From assembly GCA_964387985.1 (NCBI GenBank), contig CAYLZG010000005.1, forward strand, positions 10,737 through 74,736: a stretch of DNA of 64,000 bases, read 5' to 3'. This stretch comes from an uncultured Anaerolineales bacterium. GTDB lineage: Bacteria > Chloroflexota > Anaerolineae > CG2-30-64-16. The translations under genes and the position numbers were made by a program. Below are positions 9,178-18,383 of the stretch, one piece after another (the stretch's first letter is position 1; each line of letters begins with the position of its first letter). The notes beneath the pieces are model-generated. The model was not told where the DNA came from. It saw only the letters and a list, made by a program, of their open reading frames with translations, and made no database searches.

Positions 9178-11181
9178 ATGCCAGGTAAGGTAGGCGGTTG
9201 GGCAGGCAAGATCCTGCGCGTGGACCTGACTTCGGGCCGGGTCTGGCATGAACCGTCGCTGAAATACGGTCGCGAGTACATCGGTGGCCGAGGGATCGCT
9301 GCGCGCATTGCCTGGGATGAAATACCACGCGGCACCAAGCCCTTCGATCCCGAGAACCTGCTCATCTGCACGGTAGGGCCGCTCACCGGCACCTCAGCTC
9401 CGAATTCCGGCCGCGCGACGATTTGCAGCCTCAGCCCGCAAGCATATCCCTACGAATGGTTCTCGTTTTCCAGCATAGGCGGCTACTGGGGCCCGATGCT
9501 GAAGTACGCGGGGTACGACGCAATCGTAATTCGCGGCGAGTCGCCGCGGCCCGTCTACCTCTGGATCGATGACGAGAGAGCCGAGCTACGGGATGCGAGC
9601 CATCTCTGGGGCAAGGGCACATTTGAGACCCAGCAGCAGCTCATTTCTGCACATGCTAGCCGGGATGGGTCCGATATCCGGACACTCACCATTGGACAAG
9701 CAGGCGAGCAACGGTGCCGGATTGCCATCATCGCCTCCGGGACAGGCTCGGCAGCGGGACAGGGTGGCTTCGGTGCAGTCATGGGCGCCAAACGGCTCAA
9801 AGCTATCGCGGTACGCGGAACCAGAGGCGTACCGATTGCCGATCCGGAGAGATTCTCAGACTTCACCCTCCAGGTTGCTAAGGAAATGCACGCGCCCAGC
9901 GGCTGCCCGGCCTGGAGCAAGCTCGACCCTGACCTGGTGCGCGACTATGCTCAGCGTTTCGTCGCCTGCAGCCAGGCTTGCGCTAACCCGATATGCCGGC
10001 TCAGCCGCTTTTATGAGGACGTACCGGGCACTGTTTACCCTGACCGCAAATACAGCGGCATGGTGGTTTGTGAAAGCTCCCTCTTCGGCGGCGCGCCCGG
10101 CACATTCTATGATTGGAAGACCGGCTTTGCCGCCGGATTTGAACTAGCCCAGATCAGCCAGGACTACGGCATCAATCATTGGGAATTGGGTATCGGCATG
10201 GTGCCCTGGCTCCGAAAGTGCCACCAAGAAGGACTCCTGCGCGACCTGGACGGAGAACCGTTCAACCTGGATGCACCGCAATGGTGGGACAGCCTCTTCC
10301 GCAAAATCGTGTTCCGTGAAGGCATCGGCGATGCATTGGCGGAAGGCTCCGTGCGTGCGGCAGAGACTCTGAACATGGGCCGGGAGTTGATCGGGGAGTT
10401 CTTCACAGCATGGGGTTTCGCCGGCCATTGGGACGGGCGAGGGGATAAGGCTAACCTGATCGTGTTCCCCTACTGGCTGGTCACCGCACTGCAGTGGGCT
10501 ACGAGCACGAGGGATCCGATGGCCAGTGGTCACGGCTATGCTCAGAACATCATGAACTGGTCGCCGCTCGTGGCAGGGCAGAATGGGCTTGACTGGGAGA
10601 CACTGACGAACGTGGGTGCCAAGGTGTATGGCACACCTGCGGCGGTGCATCCCTGTTCGGGGTACGACGCCAAGGCGCTGCCCGCCATCTGGCACGGGCA
10701 CCGCAGCATCCTGAAGGACTGCCTGACGGTCGACGACCAATCATATCCCCGCATCTATAGCAACAAGACACCGGATCACTTTGCCCGGGCTGCAGATGGG
10801 ACGTCAGGACCATCGTTCGAATATCACATGTTCAAGTACGCGACAGGGATGGATTTGGGCGAGGCGGACTTTGACGGGCTGGCTGAGCGTGTGCTCAACC
10901 TGGAACGCGCCATCCAAGTGCGCAACTGGGAGCGTAGCCGGACCGTGGATGAGACAGTGATTCCCTACTTCAGCCAGATCGAAAACTGGGTGAATCCTTT
11001 CGTGGGCGTAGGGCTGGGCCTCGACCGCACCCAATTCGCTCCTTTACTGGATGAGTTCTATGCGTTGCGCGGCTGGGATCCGCAGACGGGCCGGCCCACG
11101 CCTGAAAAGCTGGGGGCCCTGGGCCTGGCCGATGTTGCAGCCGAACTCAGCGAGCGCGGCTTGATCGGTAAGGATGCGTAA
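9178..11181 (+). CDS. aldehyde:ferredoxin oxidoreductase (AOR) family, tungsten/molybdopterin type
   Basis: 667-aa ORF; N-terminal GKILRVDLTSGRVWHEPSLKYGREYIGGRGIAARIAWDE matches AOR N-domain; size typical; immediately downstream of a ferredoxin. Confidence 0.75.
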   Translation: MPGKVGGWAGKILRVDLTSGRVWHEPSLKYGREYIGGRGIAARIAWDEIPRGTKPFDPENLLICTVGPLTGTSAPNSGRATICSLSPQAYPYEWFSFSSIGGYWGPMLKYAGYDAIVIRGESPRPVYLWIDDERAELRDASHLWGKGTFETQQQLISAHASRDGSDIRTLTIGQAGEQRCRIAIIASGTGSAAGQGGFGAVMGAKRLKAIAVRGTRGVPIADPERFSDFTLQVAKEMHAPSGCPAWSKLDPDLVRDYAQRFVACSQACANPICRLSRFYEDVPGTVYPDRKYSGMVVCESSLFGGAPGTFYDWKTGFAAGFELAQISQDYGINHWELGIGMVPWLRKCHQEGLLRDLDGEPFNLDAPQWWDSLFRKIVFREGIGDALAEGSVRAAETLNMGRELIGEFFTAWGFAGHWDGRGDKANLIVFPYWLVTALQWATSTRDPMASGHGYAQNIMNWSPLVAGQNGLDWETLTNVGAKVYGTPAAVHPCSGYDAKALPAIWHGHRSILKDCLTVDDQSYPRIYSNKTPDHFARAADGTSGPSFEYHMFKYATGMDLGEADFDGLAERVLNLERAIQVRNWERSRTVDETVIPYFSQIENWVNPFVGVGLGLDRTQFAPLLDEFYALRGWDPQTGRPTPEKLGALGLADVAAELSERGLIGKDA

Positions 11182-11184
11182 CAG

Positions 11185-12915
11185 ATGCGATTCCACAAAC
11201 TCGAACTCGATCCTGCGGTAAATCCCGCCGTCCTGGACACTGCGACCTGGGACCGCGGAGCTGCTGCGGAATCCCTTGGCGCCATGACACCGGAGACTCT
11301 GCAATCCCTGGGCTCAGCGCTGTGGGCTGAAGAAGCACTGAGCGGTCCCCCCAGCGTAACACTCTACTCGCCCTCCCGCGCGATCCATGAAGGTTGCGTG
11401 TACGGTCTTGCGAGCCTGGGGGATGGACAGCAAGTCTTTCTTTGCTCTGGACACACGGATGCATCGCCGCTGGGGGAGCCATTCGCAACATTCGAGCTGC
11501 CGGACCAGGGCTCTATGGCCGCTTATCCCACTGATGCTCCCGTCGTCCATCGCTATATCCGCCAACTCAGACGGGGCATCGGGCCACAAGCGCTGGGGCC
11601 GGTTCCCAGGCTGGGGATCGGCACGCGAATGACCACCGCGGTGTGGCCCGCAATCTGGACCGCCATGAGACGCTTCGGTTTTGCGGCCAATGCCATCCAG
11701 AACTCGGTGCGCGAACTGAATCTCCTGCCGAACCTATTAGCCGCCGCGCCACCTGAGGTCAATGTCGCTTTCAACTTCGGCGCTATCGAAACCGGTTACA
11801 CGGGCAGCACTTTCGAAGGGTTGTGGGTGGCCGGTGTCCTGGACGGGCTGCAGCACGGTGCCCCGGCAAACCACGGTGCAGACGCGGATCACATCCAGGT
11901 GAAGCGTGGCCTGGGCGGATTGAACCGTGCGAAAACGCTCCTCGATGCAGCCCGTTATTACTCCTTCTACACGCTTGATGTCTCCGATGTGCTGGATTAT
12001 AGCGTCCTGGATGCCGGGCCTGCCGCTGCGGAAGCCATGCTTACCGAGAGGCTGCCTGACGCGGCGGAGCGGCGGATGCTGCTGGCCTATCACCGCGCAT
12101 CCGGCGCCAGCGATGGTGTGCCGGCGTTACGGCTCGACGAAACAATGCTGGCCAGGCTGGCAGGTAAGTACTGGACCGCACTGGATGCAATGGAACGGCT
12201 GACGGACTATCTTAAGGGACTGCGCCAAGGCGAGCCTTTCGATTTGGAGCTGAGCATCGACGAGCATCCCGCGGAGATTGCCACCTTCGACTGCCTCACA
12301 TCCGAGACGGAGCTGATCTTTCTGCTCAACGAGACGCGGCGCCGGGGTATTCCGCTCACGCACATCGCCCCCAACCTCGGTATCGAGAAGGGCGTCGACT
12401 ACTCATGTCCCGATGGACTGCCGGGCCTCACGGTGCGGTGTGCGAGCCTGTCCCGGCTTGCGGCTGAAGCCGGGGCGATTATGGATGTGCATTCCGGCGA
12501 TGATCTCAGCGCAGCCACGCGCCAGGCTGTCGGTCGGGCGGCGGGCGGCTTCCTGCAGTTCAAGGTATCCCCGATGCTGCAACTCATCTTTGCTGAAGTC
12601 CTAGCCGAACACGATCCTGGATTGTTCCGGCTCTGGTGGGAGGATGCCCTTACGTATGCTCGTCGCGCCGCAGAAGGTGGGTCTGCACTGGCTGTGGAAG
12701 CCCTTTGCCACGATTCCGCAGGCGCTGCGGGCCTCCAGCCTACGGCCAGCGGCGCAATCTTCCATCACTTCAGTTTCGCGTTCGTCGGCCGGCGCGACGC
12801 GAGGGGACGCCTCCTCGTACGCGACCGGTTCTACCGGCTCTCGCCCGACTTCTATCGCGCTTACCAGGAACACATCGTCGCTTACCTGGGTCGGCTAGCT
12901 GCCGATCTGTTTTGA
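11185..12915 (+). CDS. hypothetical protein (576 aa), function unknown
   Basis: Long ORF starting 4 nt after AOR stop; no family confidently recognisable by eye; no TM segments or signal peptide evident. Confidence 0.4.
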   Translation: MRFHKLELDPAVNPAVLDTATWDRGAAAESLGAMTPETLQSLGSALWAEEALSGPPSVTLYSPSRAIHEGCVYGLASLGDGQQVFLCSGHTDASPLGEPFATFELPDQGSMAAYPTDAPVVHRYIRQLRRGIGPQALGPVPRLGIGTRMTTAVWPAIWTAMRRFGFAANAIQNSVRELNLLPNLLAAAPPEVNVAFNFGAIETGYTGSTFEGLWVAGVLDGLQHGAPANHGADADHIQVKRGLGGLNRAKTLLDAARYYSFYTLDVSDVLDYSVLDAGPAAAEAMLTERLPDAAERRMLLAYHRASGASDGVPALRLDETMLARLAGKYWTALDAMERLTDYLKGLRQGEPFDLELSIDEHPAEIATFDCLTSETELIFLLNETRRRGIPLTHIAPNLGIEKGVDYSCPDGLPGLTVRCASLSRLAAEAGAIMDVHSGDDLSAATRQAVGRAAGGFLQFKVSPMLQLIFAEVLAEHDPGLFRLWWEDALTYARRAAEGGSALAVEALCHDSAGAAGLQPTASGAIFHHFSFAFVGRRDARGRLLVRDRFYRLSPDFYRAYQEHIVAYLGRLAADLF

Positions 12916-12926
12916 GGGAGTTATCC

Positions 12927-13604
12927 ATGGAACTGTTTCTCGACAGCTCAAACCCACGTGAGATCTCAGAAGCCCGATCCTGGGGCCTGCTTGCAGGCGT
13001 CACAACCAATCCTGGACTGATCTCCGCGGCGGGACCTGATAAGGAAGGAACACTGCACCGGATTCTTGATGTGTGGCAGGGCCCTCTGCTCATCCAGGTC
13101 ATCGGCTGGCACGAGGTTGAGCCGCTCATCAGGCAGGCCAAGTGGTTACACAACTTTGCGCCCAACATTATCGTCAAGCTGCCGATGAGCATTGCCGGGA
13201 TTCAGGCACTCCTGCGTCTCAAACAGGATACCCCTGACCTGCGCCTGGCAGTAACAACAGTCGCCTCAATCGCCCAGGCATACCTGGTTGGCAAGGCAGG
13301 TGCAGACATCGTCGCTGTCTTCAATGGCCCGCTGGATCAGACAACCGACAGTATGGTTGAGATGGTGGCTCCGATACGCCGCATCTACGATAACTATGGC
13401 TTCAAGACGAAGATCCTCTCATGCGGTCGCTACCCTCGCCTGTTCGGTGAGGTCGCGGAGGCAGGCACTGATATCTGCACGATGCGCATGGAGTTCATGC
13501 GGCTACTGTATCAGCACCCGTTTACCGATGCACGAATGAACGGCTTCATGAAGGATTGGCAGGCCACTTTCGGCGCCAGCACCTGGGGCGAGGAGGCAGG
13601 CTAA
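12927..13604 (+). CDS. fructose-6-phosphate aldolase / transaldolase-like (TalC/FSA family)
   Basis: Start at ATG 12927 (GAGGGAG RBS) inside ORF 12636-13604; MELFLDSSNPREI...GVTTNPGLI is the hallmark N-terminus of FSA/TalC-type small transaldolases. Confidence 0.75.
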   Translation: MELFLDSSNPREISEARSWGLLAGVTTNPGLISAAGPDKEGTLHRILDVWQGPLLIQVIGWHEVEPLIRQAKWLHNFAPNIIVKLPMSIAGIQALLRLKQDTPDLRLAVTTVASIAQAYLVGKAGADIVAVFNGPLDQTTDSMVEMVAPIRRIYDNYGFKTKILSCGRYPRLFGEVAEAGTDICTMRMEFMRLLYQHPFTDARMNGFMKDWQATFGASTWGEEAG

Positions 13605-13608
13605 TCCT

Positions 13609-14394
13609 ATGAGCGTCCTAGACCTTTTCAACCTCTCAGGGCGAGTCGCGGTCGTCACCGGGGGTGCGCGCGGTCTGGGGCGGCAGGCGGCGCTGGCACT
13701 GGCCGAGGCCGGGGCAGCCGTCGCAATCTGCGATCTGCTGGAAGAGGACGGAGCTCGCACGGCACACGAAATCGCGGGCCTTGGCTGTCTATCCTATTTC
13801 GGTAAGGTAGACGTCACCCAGGCCACGGAAATCGAAGCATTTATCGCCGCGGTCGCTGAGGGACTGGGCGGGATCGACATCCTCGTCAATAACGCGGGGG
13901 TGCCATCGAGCGGCCTCTCGCTGGAAGATGAAAGCGACGAAGGCTGGCAGCGGATGATCGACACCAACCTGTCTTCCATGTTCTACTTCGGGAAGCGCGT
14001 TGCACAACAAATGATCGCGCGAGGTCAGGGCGGCGTAATCATCAACATCGCGTCCATCAACTCGCTGATTATCAGCAACATCACGCCGCGTCACAACGTG
14101 CCTTACTGCGTGGCAAAGGCAGGGGTCGCCCAATTGACGCGCGGTATGGCCTCCGACTGGGCACCCCACGGCATCCGCGCCAATGCGATTGCGCCCGGCT
14201 ACATCATGACCGCTCAGACGGCAGCCAGCCGAAGTTACCCAGAGATTGTCGAGCGCATCGTTGCCAACACACCGATGAAGCGCTACGGGGAAGAAGCGGA
14301 ACTCAAGGGACTAGTCGTCTACCTTGCATCGTCCGCCTCATCCTTTATGACCGGCAGTCTAGTGGTCATGGACGGCGGGACGACGATCTGGTAA
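13609..14394 (+). CDS. SDR family oxidoreductase
   Basis: 261 aa; VAVVTGGARGLG Rossmann motif, NNAG, catalytic Y-x3-K (YCVAK). Confidence 0.8.
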   Translation: MSVLDLFNLSGRVAVVTGGARGLGRQAALALAEAGAAVAICDLLEEDGARTAHEIAGLGCLSYFGKVDVTQATEIEAFIAAVAEGLGGIDILVNNAGVPSSGLSLEDESDEGWQRMIDTNLSSMFYFGKRVAQQMIARGQGGVIINIASINSLIISNITPRHNVPYCVAKAGVAQLTRGMASDWAPHGIRANAIAPGYIMTAQTAASRSYPEIVERIVANTPMKRYGEEAELKGLVVYLASSASSFMTGSLVVMDGGTTIW

Positions 14395-14437
14395 CAAAGG
14401 GCGACTGAAGGACAAGCGAGAAGCCCGGGAGGGATCA

Positions 14438-15517
14438 ATGAGCGACACGGCAGCACCGGTCGTCACCTATGCCAGCACCGAGCAACTAGCGCAGTTTTGC
14501 ATCAAGGCCATGCTGGATGCAGGGCTGAATGAAGAGGACGCCCGGGTCAGTGCGGATGTGCTGGTGACTACGGATAGCTGGGGCACGTTTACACACGGGA
14601 CGCGGCAACTGCGCGGCCTGCTGAAGAACATCCGCGTGGGACGCATTTACCCCCGCGCCAGGATGCAGGTCGAGGCGCAGGGACCGGGTTGGGCGCGAGT
14701 CGACGGCTGCGATGCGATGCCATTGGCAACCGCTTTCCGCTCTACTGCACTCTGCATCGAAAAGGCGCGCGCCAGCGGCATCGCCTATGTCGGTGTCCGG
14801 CGCAGCAGCCATTACGGCGCAGCCGGATACTATGCCGTTCAGGCGGCACAACAGGGCATGATCGGGATATCGATGTGTAACGTGGACCCAGGAGTCACTG
14901 CACCCGGCAGCCGCAGCCGGGTGATGGGCACGAACCCGATTGCATATGCCGCGCCCACAGGTGACGCGCCGCCAGTGTTCCTCGATATCGCGACGAGCGC
15001 GGTTGCCGCCAGTAAACTCTACGCCGCACAAGCTCTGCTTCAGCCCATTCCGGACACCTGGCTTGTTGACGACGATGGCCTGCCCACGACGGACCCCACT
15101 GGCTATCCGCTGCGCGGCGCGCTGCAGCCCATGGCCGGCCACAAGGGTTATGGACTCGCGGTACTGGTGGAAATCCTTACCGCCGTGCTTTCGGGCGCGG
15201 GCATTATGAGCGAGGTAAAAAGCTGGATGCTGGACAGCCTTGAGCCCGCCAACCAGGGCCACGCGTTCATCGCCATCGATATCGGCGCCATGATGCCGCC
15301 CAAATTATTCGCCGCACGCATGCAGCAAATGACCAACGAGATTCGACAGGCGCCGTTGGCCGTCGGTGCAGAGCGCATTTACCTGCCCGGCGAAAAAGAG
15401 TGGGAGCATCGCCAGCGCGCGCTGGCAGAGGGTATTCCGCTGCCGTCATTCGTTGTGACCAATCTAAGAGGCATCGCGGAAGACTATAGCCTCGAACTGC
15501 CAGATTGGCTGGCGTGA
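14438..15517 (+). CDS. Ldh_2 family oxidoreductase (malate/L-lactate/ureidoglycolate dehydrogenase type 2)
   Basis: 359 aa; N-terminal ...DAGLNEEDARVSADVLVTTDSWGTFTHG and HKGYGLA motif typical of Ldh_2 family. Confidence 0.7.
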   Translation: MSDTAAPVVTYASTEQLAQFCIKAMLDAGLNEEDARVSADVLVTTDSWGTFTHGTRQLRGLLKNIRVGRIYPRARMQVEAQGPGWARVDGCDAMPLATAFRSTALCIEKARASGIAYVGVRRSSHYGAAGYYAVQAAQQGMIGISMCNVDPGVTAPGSRSRVMGTNPIAYAAPTGDAPPVFLDIATSAVAASKLYAAQALLQPIPDTWLVDDDGLPTTDPTGYPLRGALQPMAGHKGYGLAVLVEILTAVLSGAGIMSEVKSWMLDSLEPANQGHAFIAIDIGAMMPPKLFAARMQQMTNEIRQAPLAVGAERIYLPGEKEWEHRQRALAEGIPLPSFVVTNLRGIAEDYSLELPDWLA

Positions 15518-15536
15518 AGCTGACAGGAGGAAAAGG

Positions 15537-16334
15537 ATGGCGGATATGGTTTTCGATCTGACGGGCCGCGTGGCCGTTGTCAGCGGCGCGGCACAGGGAA
15601 TGGGCCGTGCCATGGCGCTTGGATTCGCAGAATTCGGTGCTGACCTGCTGTTGAGCGATCTGAATGGCCCAGGCGTAGCTGCCACAGCAGAAAAGGCGCG
15701 TCAGTTTGGGCACAAGGCGATCGGAGTGGAGTGCGACATGGCGGACATTGCCCAAGTCAAGGCATTATTTGCGCGACTCGATCGCGAGTTCGGCAGAATC
15801 GATGTCCTGGCCAATGTGGCCGGCCCAGGGTACCTGGCGCATCCCGAGGAAATTCCGCTTGAGCAGTTCGAACGCATCGTCCATGCGTTGATAGTTGCCA
15901 GATTCTGCGCCTGTCAGGAAGCTGGCAAACGGATGCTCGCCGCAGGCAAGGGCAGCATCATCAATATCGGCTCGCTCGCCAGCATTACGGCGCTCGGCCG
16001 GGGCAATTTCGCCTATAGCGTCGGCATGGGGGGCGTGGCCCAGATGACGCGCGAGCTTAGCACCGAATGGGCCGGTCGCGGTGTCAGGGTCAACGCCATC
16101 CTACCAGCCCAGGTCATCAACCCCAGCCTGCGGGAACGCATAGCCGCAGACCCCAATCTCGAACGCACTTTCCTGCGCGGCCTCCCTGCAGGACGCCTAG
16201 GTGTGCCTGATGATATCAAGGGGCTCGCTCTCCTGCTTGCCTCAGATGCGTCGAGTTGGATCACAGGTGCACTCATCCCGATGGATGGTGGCAACTTGGC
16301 TATGAATGCCGGGGGCACAGCGGGCAAATGGTAG
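15537..16334 (+). CDS. SDR family oxidoreductase
   Basis: 265 aa; VAVVSGAAQGMG, catalytic YSVGK motif. Confidence 0.8.
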   Translation: MADMVFDLTGRVAVVSGAAQGMGRAMALGFAEFGADLLLSDLNGPGVAATAEKARQFGHKAIGVECDMADIAQVKALFARLDREFGRIDVLANVAGPGYLAHPEEIPLEQFERIVHALIVARFCACQEAGKRMLAAGKGSIINIGSLASITALGRGNFAYSVGMGGVAQMTRELSTEWAGRGVRVNAILPAQVINPSLRERIAADPNLERTFLRGLPAGRLGVPDDIKGLALLLASDASSWITGALIPMDGGNLAMNAGGTAGKW

Positions 16335-16370
16335 TACATGACAAGCGCTACTGGCTGAAGGAGTAATCGG

Positions 16371-18371
16371 ATGACCGGCGTGGCAGATTTGTCCAAAGCA
16401 CAATTGCTGGCCCTGTATCGGACGATGGCCACTATCCGCCGTACAGAGGAGCAGCTCGTCAAACTCTACGCGGCGGGCAAGATTTACGGTGGATGTCATA
16501 CCTACATCGGGGAAGAAGCTGTGGCGACGGGCGTTTGCGCACATCTGCGGCACGAAGACGTCGTGTTCAGCACCCACCGCGGGCATGGTCACGCTCTCGC
16601 CAAGGGGATTACCCCGCGCGAACTCATTGCCGAGTTGCTCGGCCGGGCGACAGGTTGCTCCGGCGGCCGCGGTGGCAGCATGCACCTGTTCAAACCTGAG
16701 GTCGGCTTCATGGGGTCCAGCGGGATCGTAGGACCCAGCATCACCCTCGCAGCTGGAGGAGGTTACACGGCGCAACTCCTGAAGACGGGCCACGTCAGCG
16801 TCGCCTTCTTTGGCGACGGAGCTGTGAACAATGCGTCCTTCCACGAAGGGATTAACCTGGCTGCGGCCTGGAAGTTGCCCGTCGTGTTCGTCTGCGAGAA
16901 TAATCTCTATGCGACAGAGGTCGCCTTTGACAAGGCGACTGCCAATCCGCATGTCGCTGTCCGCGGACAGGCATACGGCTTGCCGGGCATCGAAGTCGAT
17001 GGCAACGACGTCCTGGCGGTCTATTGTGCTGCTGAGGAAGCGGTCGCCAGGGCGCGCGCAGGCGAGGGGCCAACCTTGCTCGAATGCAAGACGTATCGTG
17101 TGCGCGCACATGCGGAAGGGATGCGGGATGCAGGATATCGGACGTCCGACGAAGTCAACGTCTGGAAAGAGCGCGATCCGCTGCGGGCCTTCCGGGCATG
17201 GATGATCGAGCGCAGCATCGCCGCCGAGATTGAACTCGATGAATTGGACGCCGAAGCGCGCGGCGTCGCCGAAGAAGCGGCTGCATTTGCCGAGCTAAGC
17301 CCGATGCCCGAGGCGAGCACGGTCACTACACATGTCTACAGTGAACCGGCGACCATCCTCGAACCGCAACCCAACGGTGATGCCGCGACGGGATCTCGCC
17401 AGTTGACCTTCGTCGAGGCTGCGCGCGAGGCCCTCGCTGCCGGGATGGCACGGGATGGTTCGATTTTCGTCGTCGGAGAGGGCATCGGAGCGCGCGGCGG
17501 CAATTTCAACACTACGGTAGGTCTCTTTGAGCTGTACGGTCCGGAGCGGCTGAGGGATACACCGATCAGCGAACGGGGCTTTACCGCCATCTGTATAGGC
17601 GCGGCCGCAACCGGCTCTCGGCCCGTTGTAGACTTTATGTTCATTGACTTCCTGGCTGATGCGTTCGGTGATATGTTTAACCAAATGGCTAAGCTGCAGT
17701 GGATGAGCATGGGACGTCTCCAGATGCCCATCATCCTGCGCGGATGCATCGGGGTTGCACCATCAAACGCGGCACATCATTCTGGTAACTACTATCCCTT
17801 CTTCATGCATATCCCTGGTTTTCGAGTCGCCGTGCCGGCCACGCCTGCAGATGCCAAAGGCCTGCTTGCCATGGCCCTGCGTTCCAAAGACCCCGTGCTG
17901 TTCCTGGAGCACAAAAACCTGCTGACCCTCAAGGGTCCAGTGCCCGAAGGCGAATACCTGCTGCCATTCGGGCAGGCCCGCGTTGCTCGCGAGGGAACGG
18001 ACGTAACAGTGGTGGGGATCGCCTACTCCGTCCAACAGGCCCTTCAGGCCGCCGATATCCTGGCACAGGAAGGCATCTCCACCGAAGTCATTGACCCGCG
18101 GACTCTGGCGCCGTTGGATATTGGCACCGTGCTCCGCTCAGTGCACAAGACGGGCCGCCTCCTGATCGTGGACGAAGACTTCGCGCCTTGTGGCGTGGGT
18201 GCGGAAATCGCCACACAGGTCATGGAGCAGGCTTTCGACGATCTGGATGCGCCGGTCAAGCGCATGAACGGCCTGTTTGCTCCGGCACCGTACAGCCCGG
18301 CCCTGTATGAGCCAATGGTGCCGACGGTCCCGCGCATCATCGAGGCCGTGCGTGATCTGCTGGCTGAATGA
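16371..18371 (+). CDS. TPP-dependent 2-oxoacid/acetoin dehydrogenase E1 component, fused alpha-beta subunits
   Basis: 666 aa; N-half has E1-alpha features (YRTMATIRRTEEQL..., GDGA TPP-binding motif), C-half resembles E1-beta (LTFVEAAREAL...GEGIG...). Confidence 0.7.
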   Translation: MTGVADLSKAQLLALYRTMATIRRTEEQLVKLYAAGKIYGGCHTYIGEEAVATGVCAHLRHEDVVFSTHRGHGHALAKGITPRELIAELLGRATGCSGGRGGSMHLFKPEVGFMGSSGIVGPSITLAAGGGYTAQLLKTGHVSVAFFGDGAVNNASFHEGINLAAAWKLPVVFVCENNLYATEVAFDKATANPHVAVRGQAYGLPGIEVDGNDVLAVYCAAEEAVARARAGEGPTLLECKTYRVRAHAEGMRDAGYRTSDEVNVWKERDPLRAFRAWMIERSIAAEIELDELDAEARGVAEEAAAFAELSPMPEASTVTTHVYSEPATILEPQPNGDAATGSRQLTFVEAAREALAAGMARDGSIFVVGEGIGARGGNFNTTVGLFELYGPERLRDTPISERGFTAICIGAAATGSRPVVDFMFIDFLADAFGDMFNQMAKLQWMSMGRLQMPIILRGCIGVAPSNAAHHSGNYYPFFMHIPGFRVAVPATPADAKGLLAMALRSKDPVLFLEHKNLLTLKGPVPEGEYLLPFGQARVAREGTDVTVVGIAYSVQQALQAADILAQEGISTEVIDPRTLAPLDIGTVLRSVHKTGRLLIVDEDFAPCGVGAEIATQVMEQAFDDLDAPVKRMNGLFAPAPYSPALYEPMVPTVPRIIEAVRDLLAE

Positions 18372-18383
18372 CAGGAGACAAGC

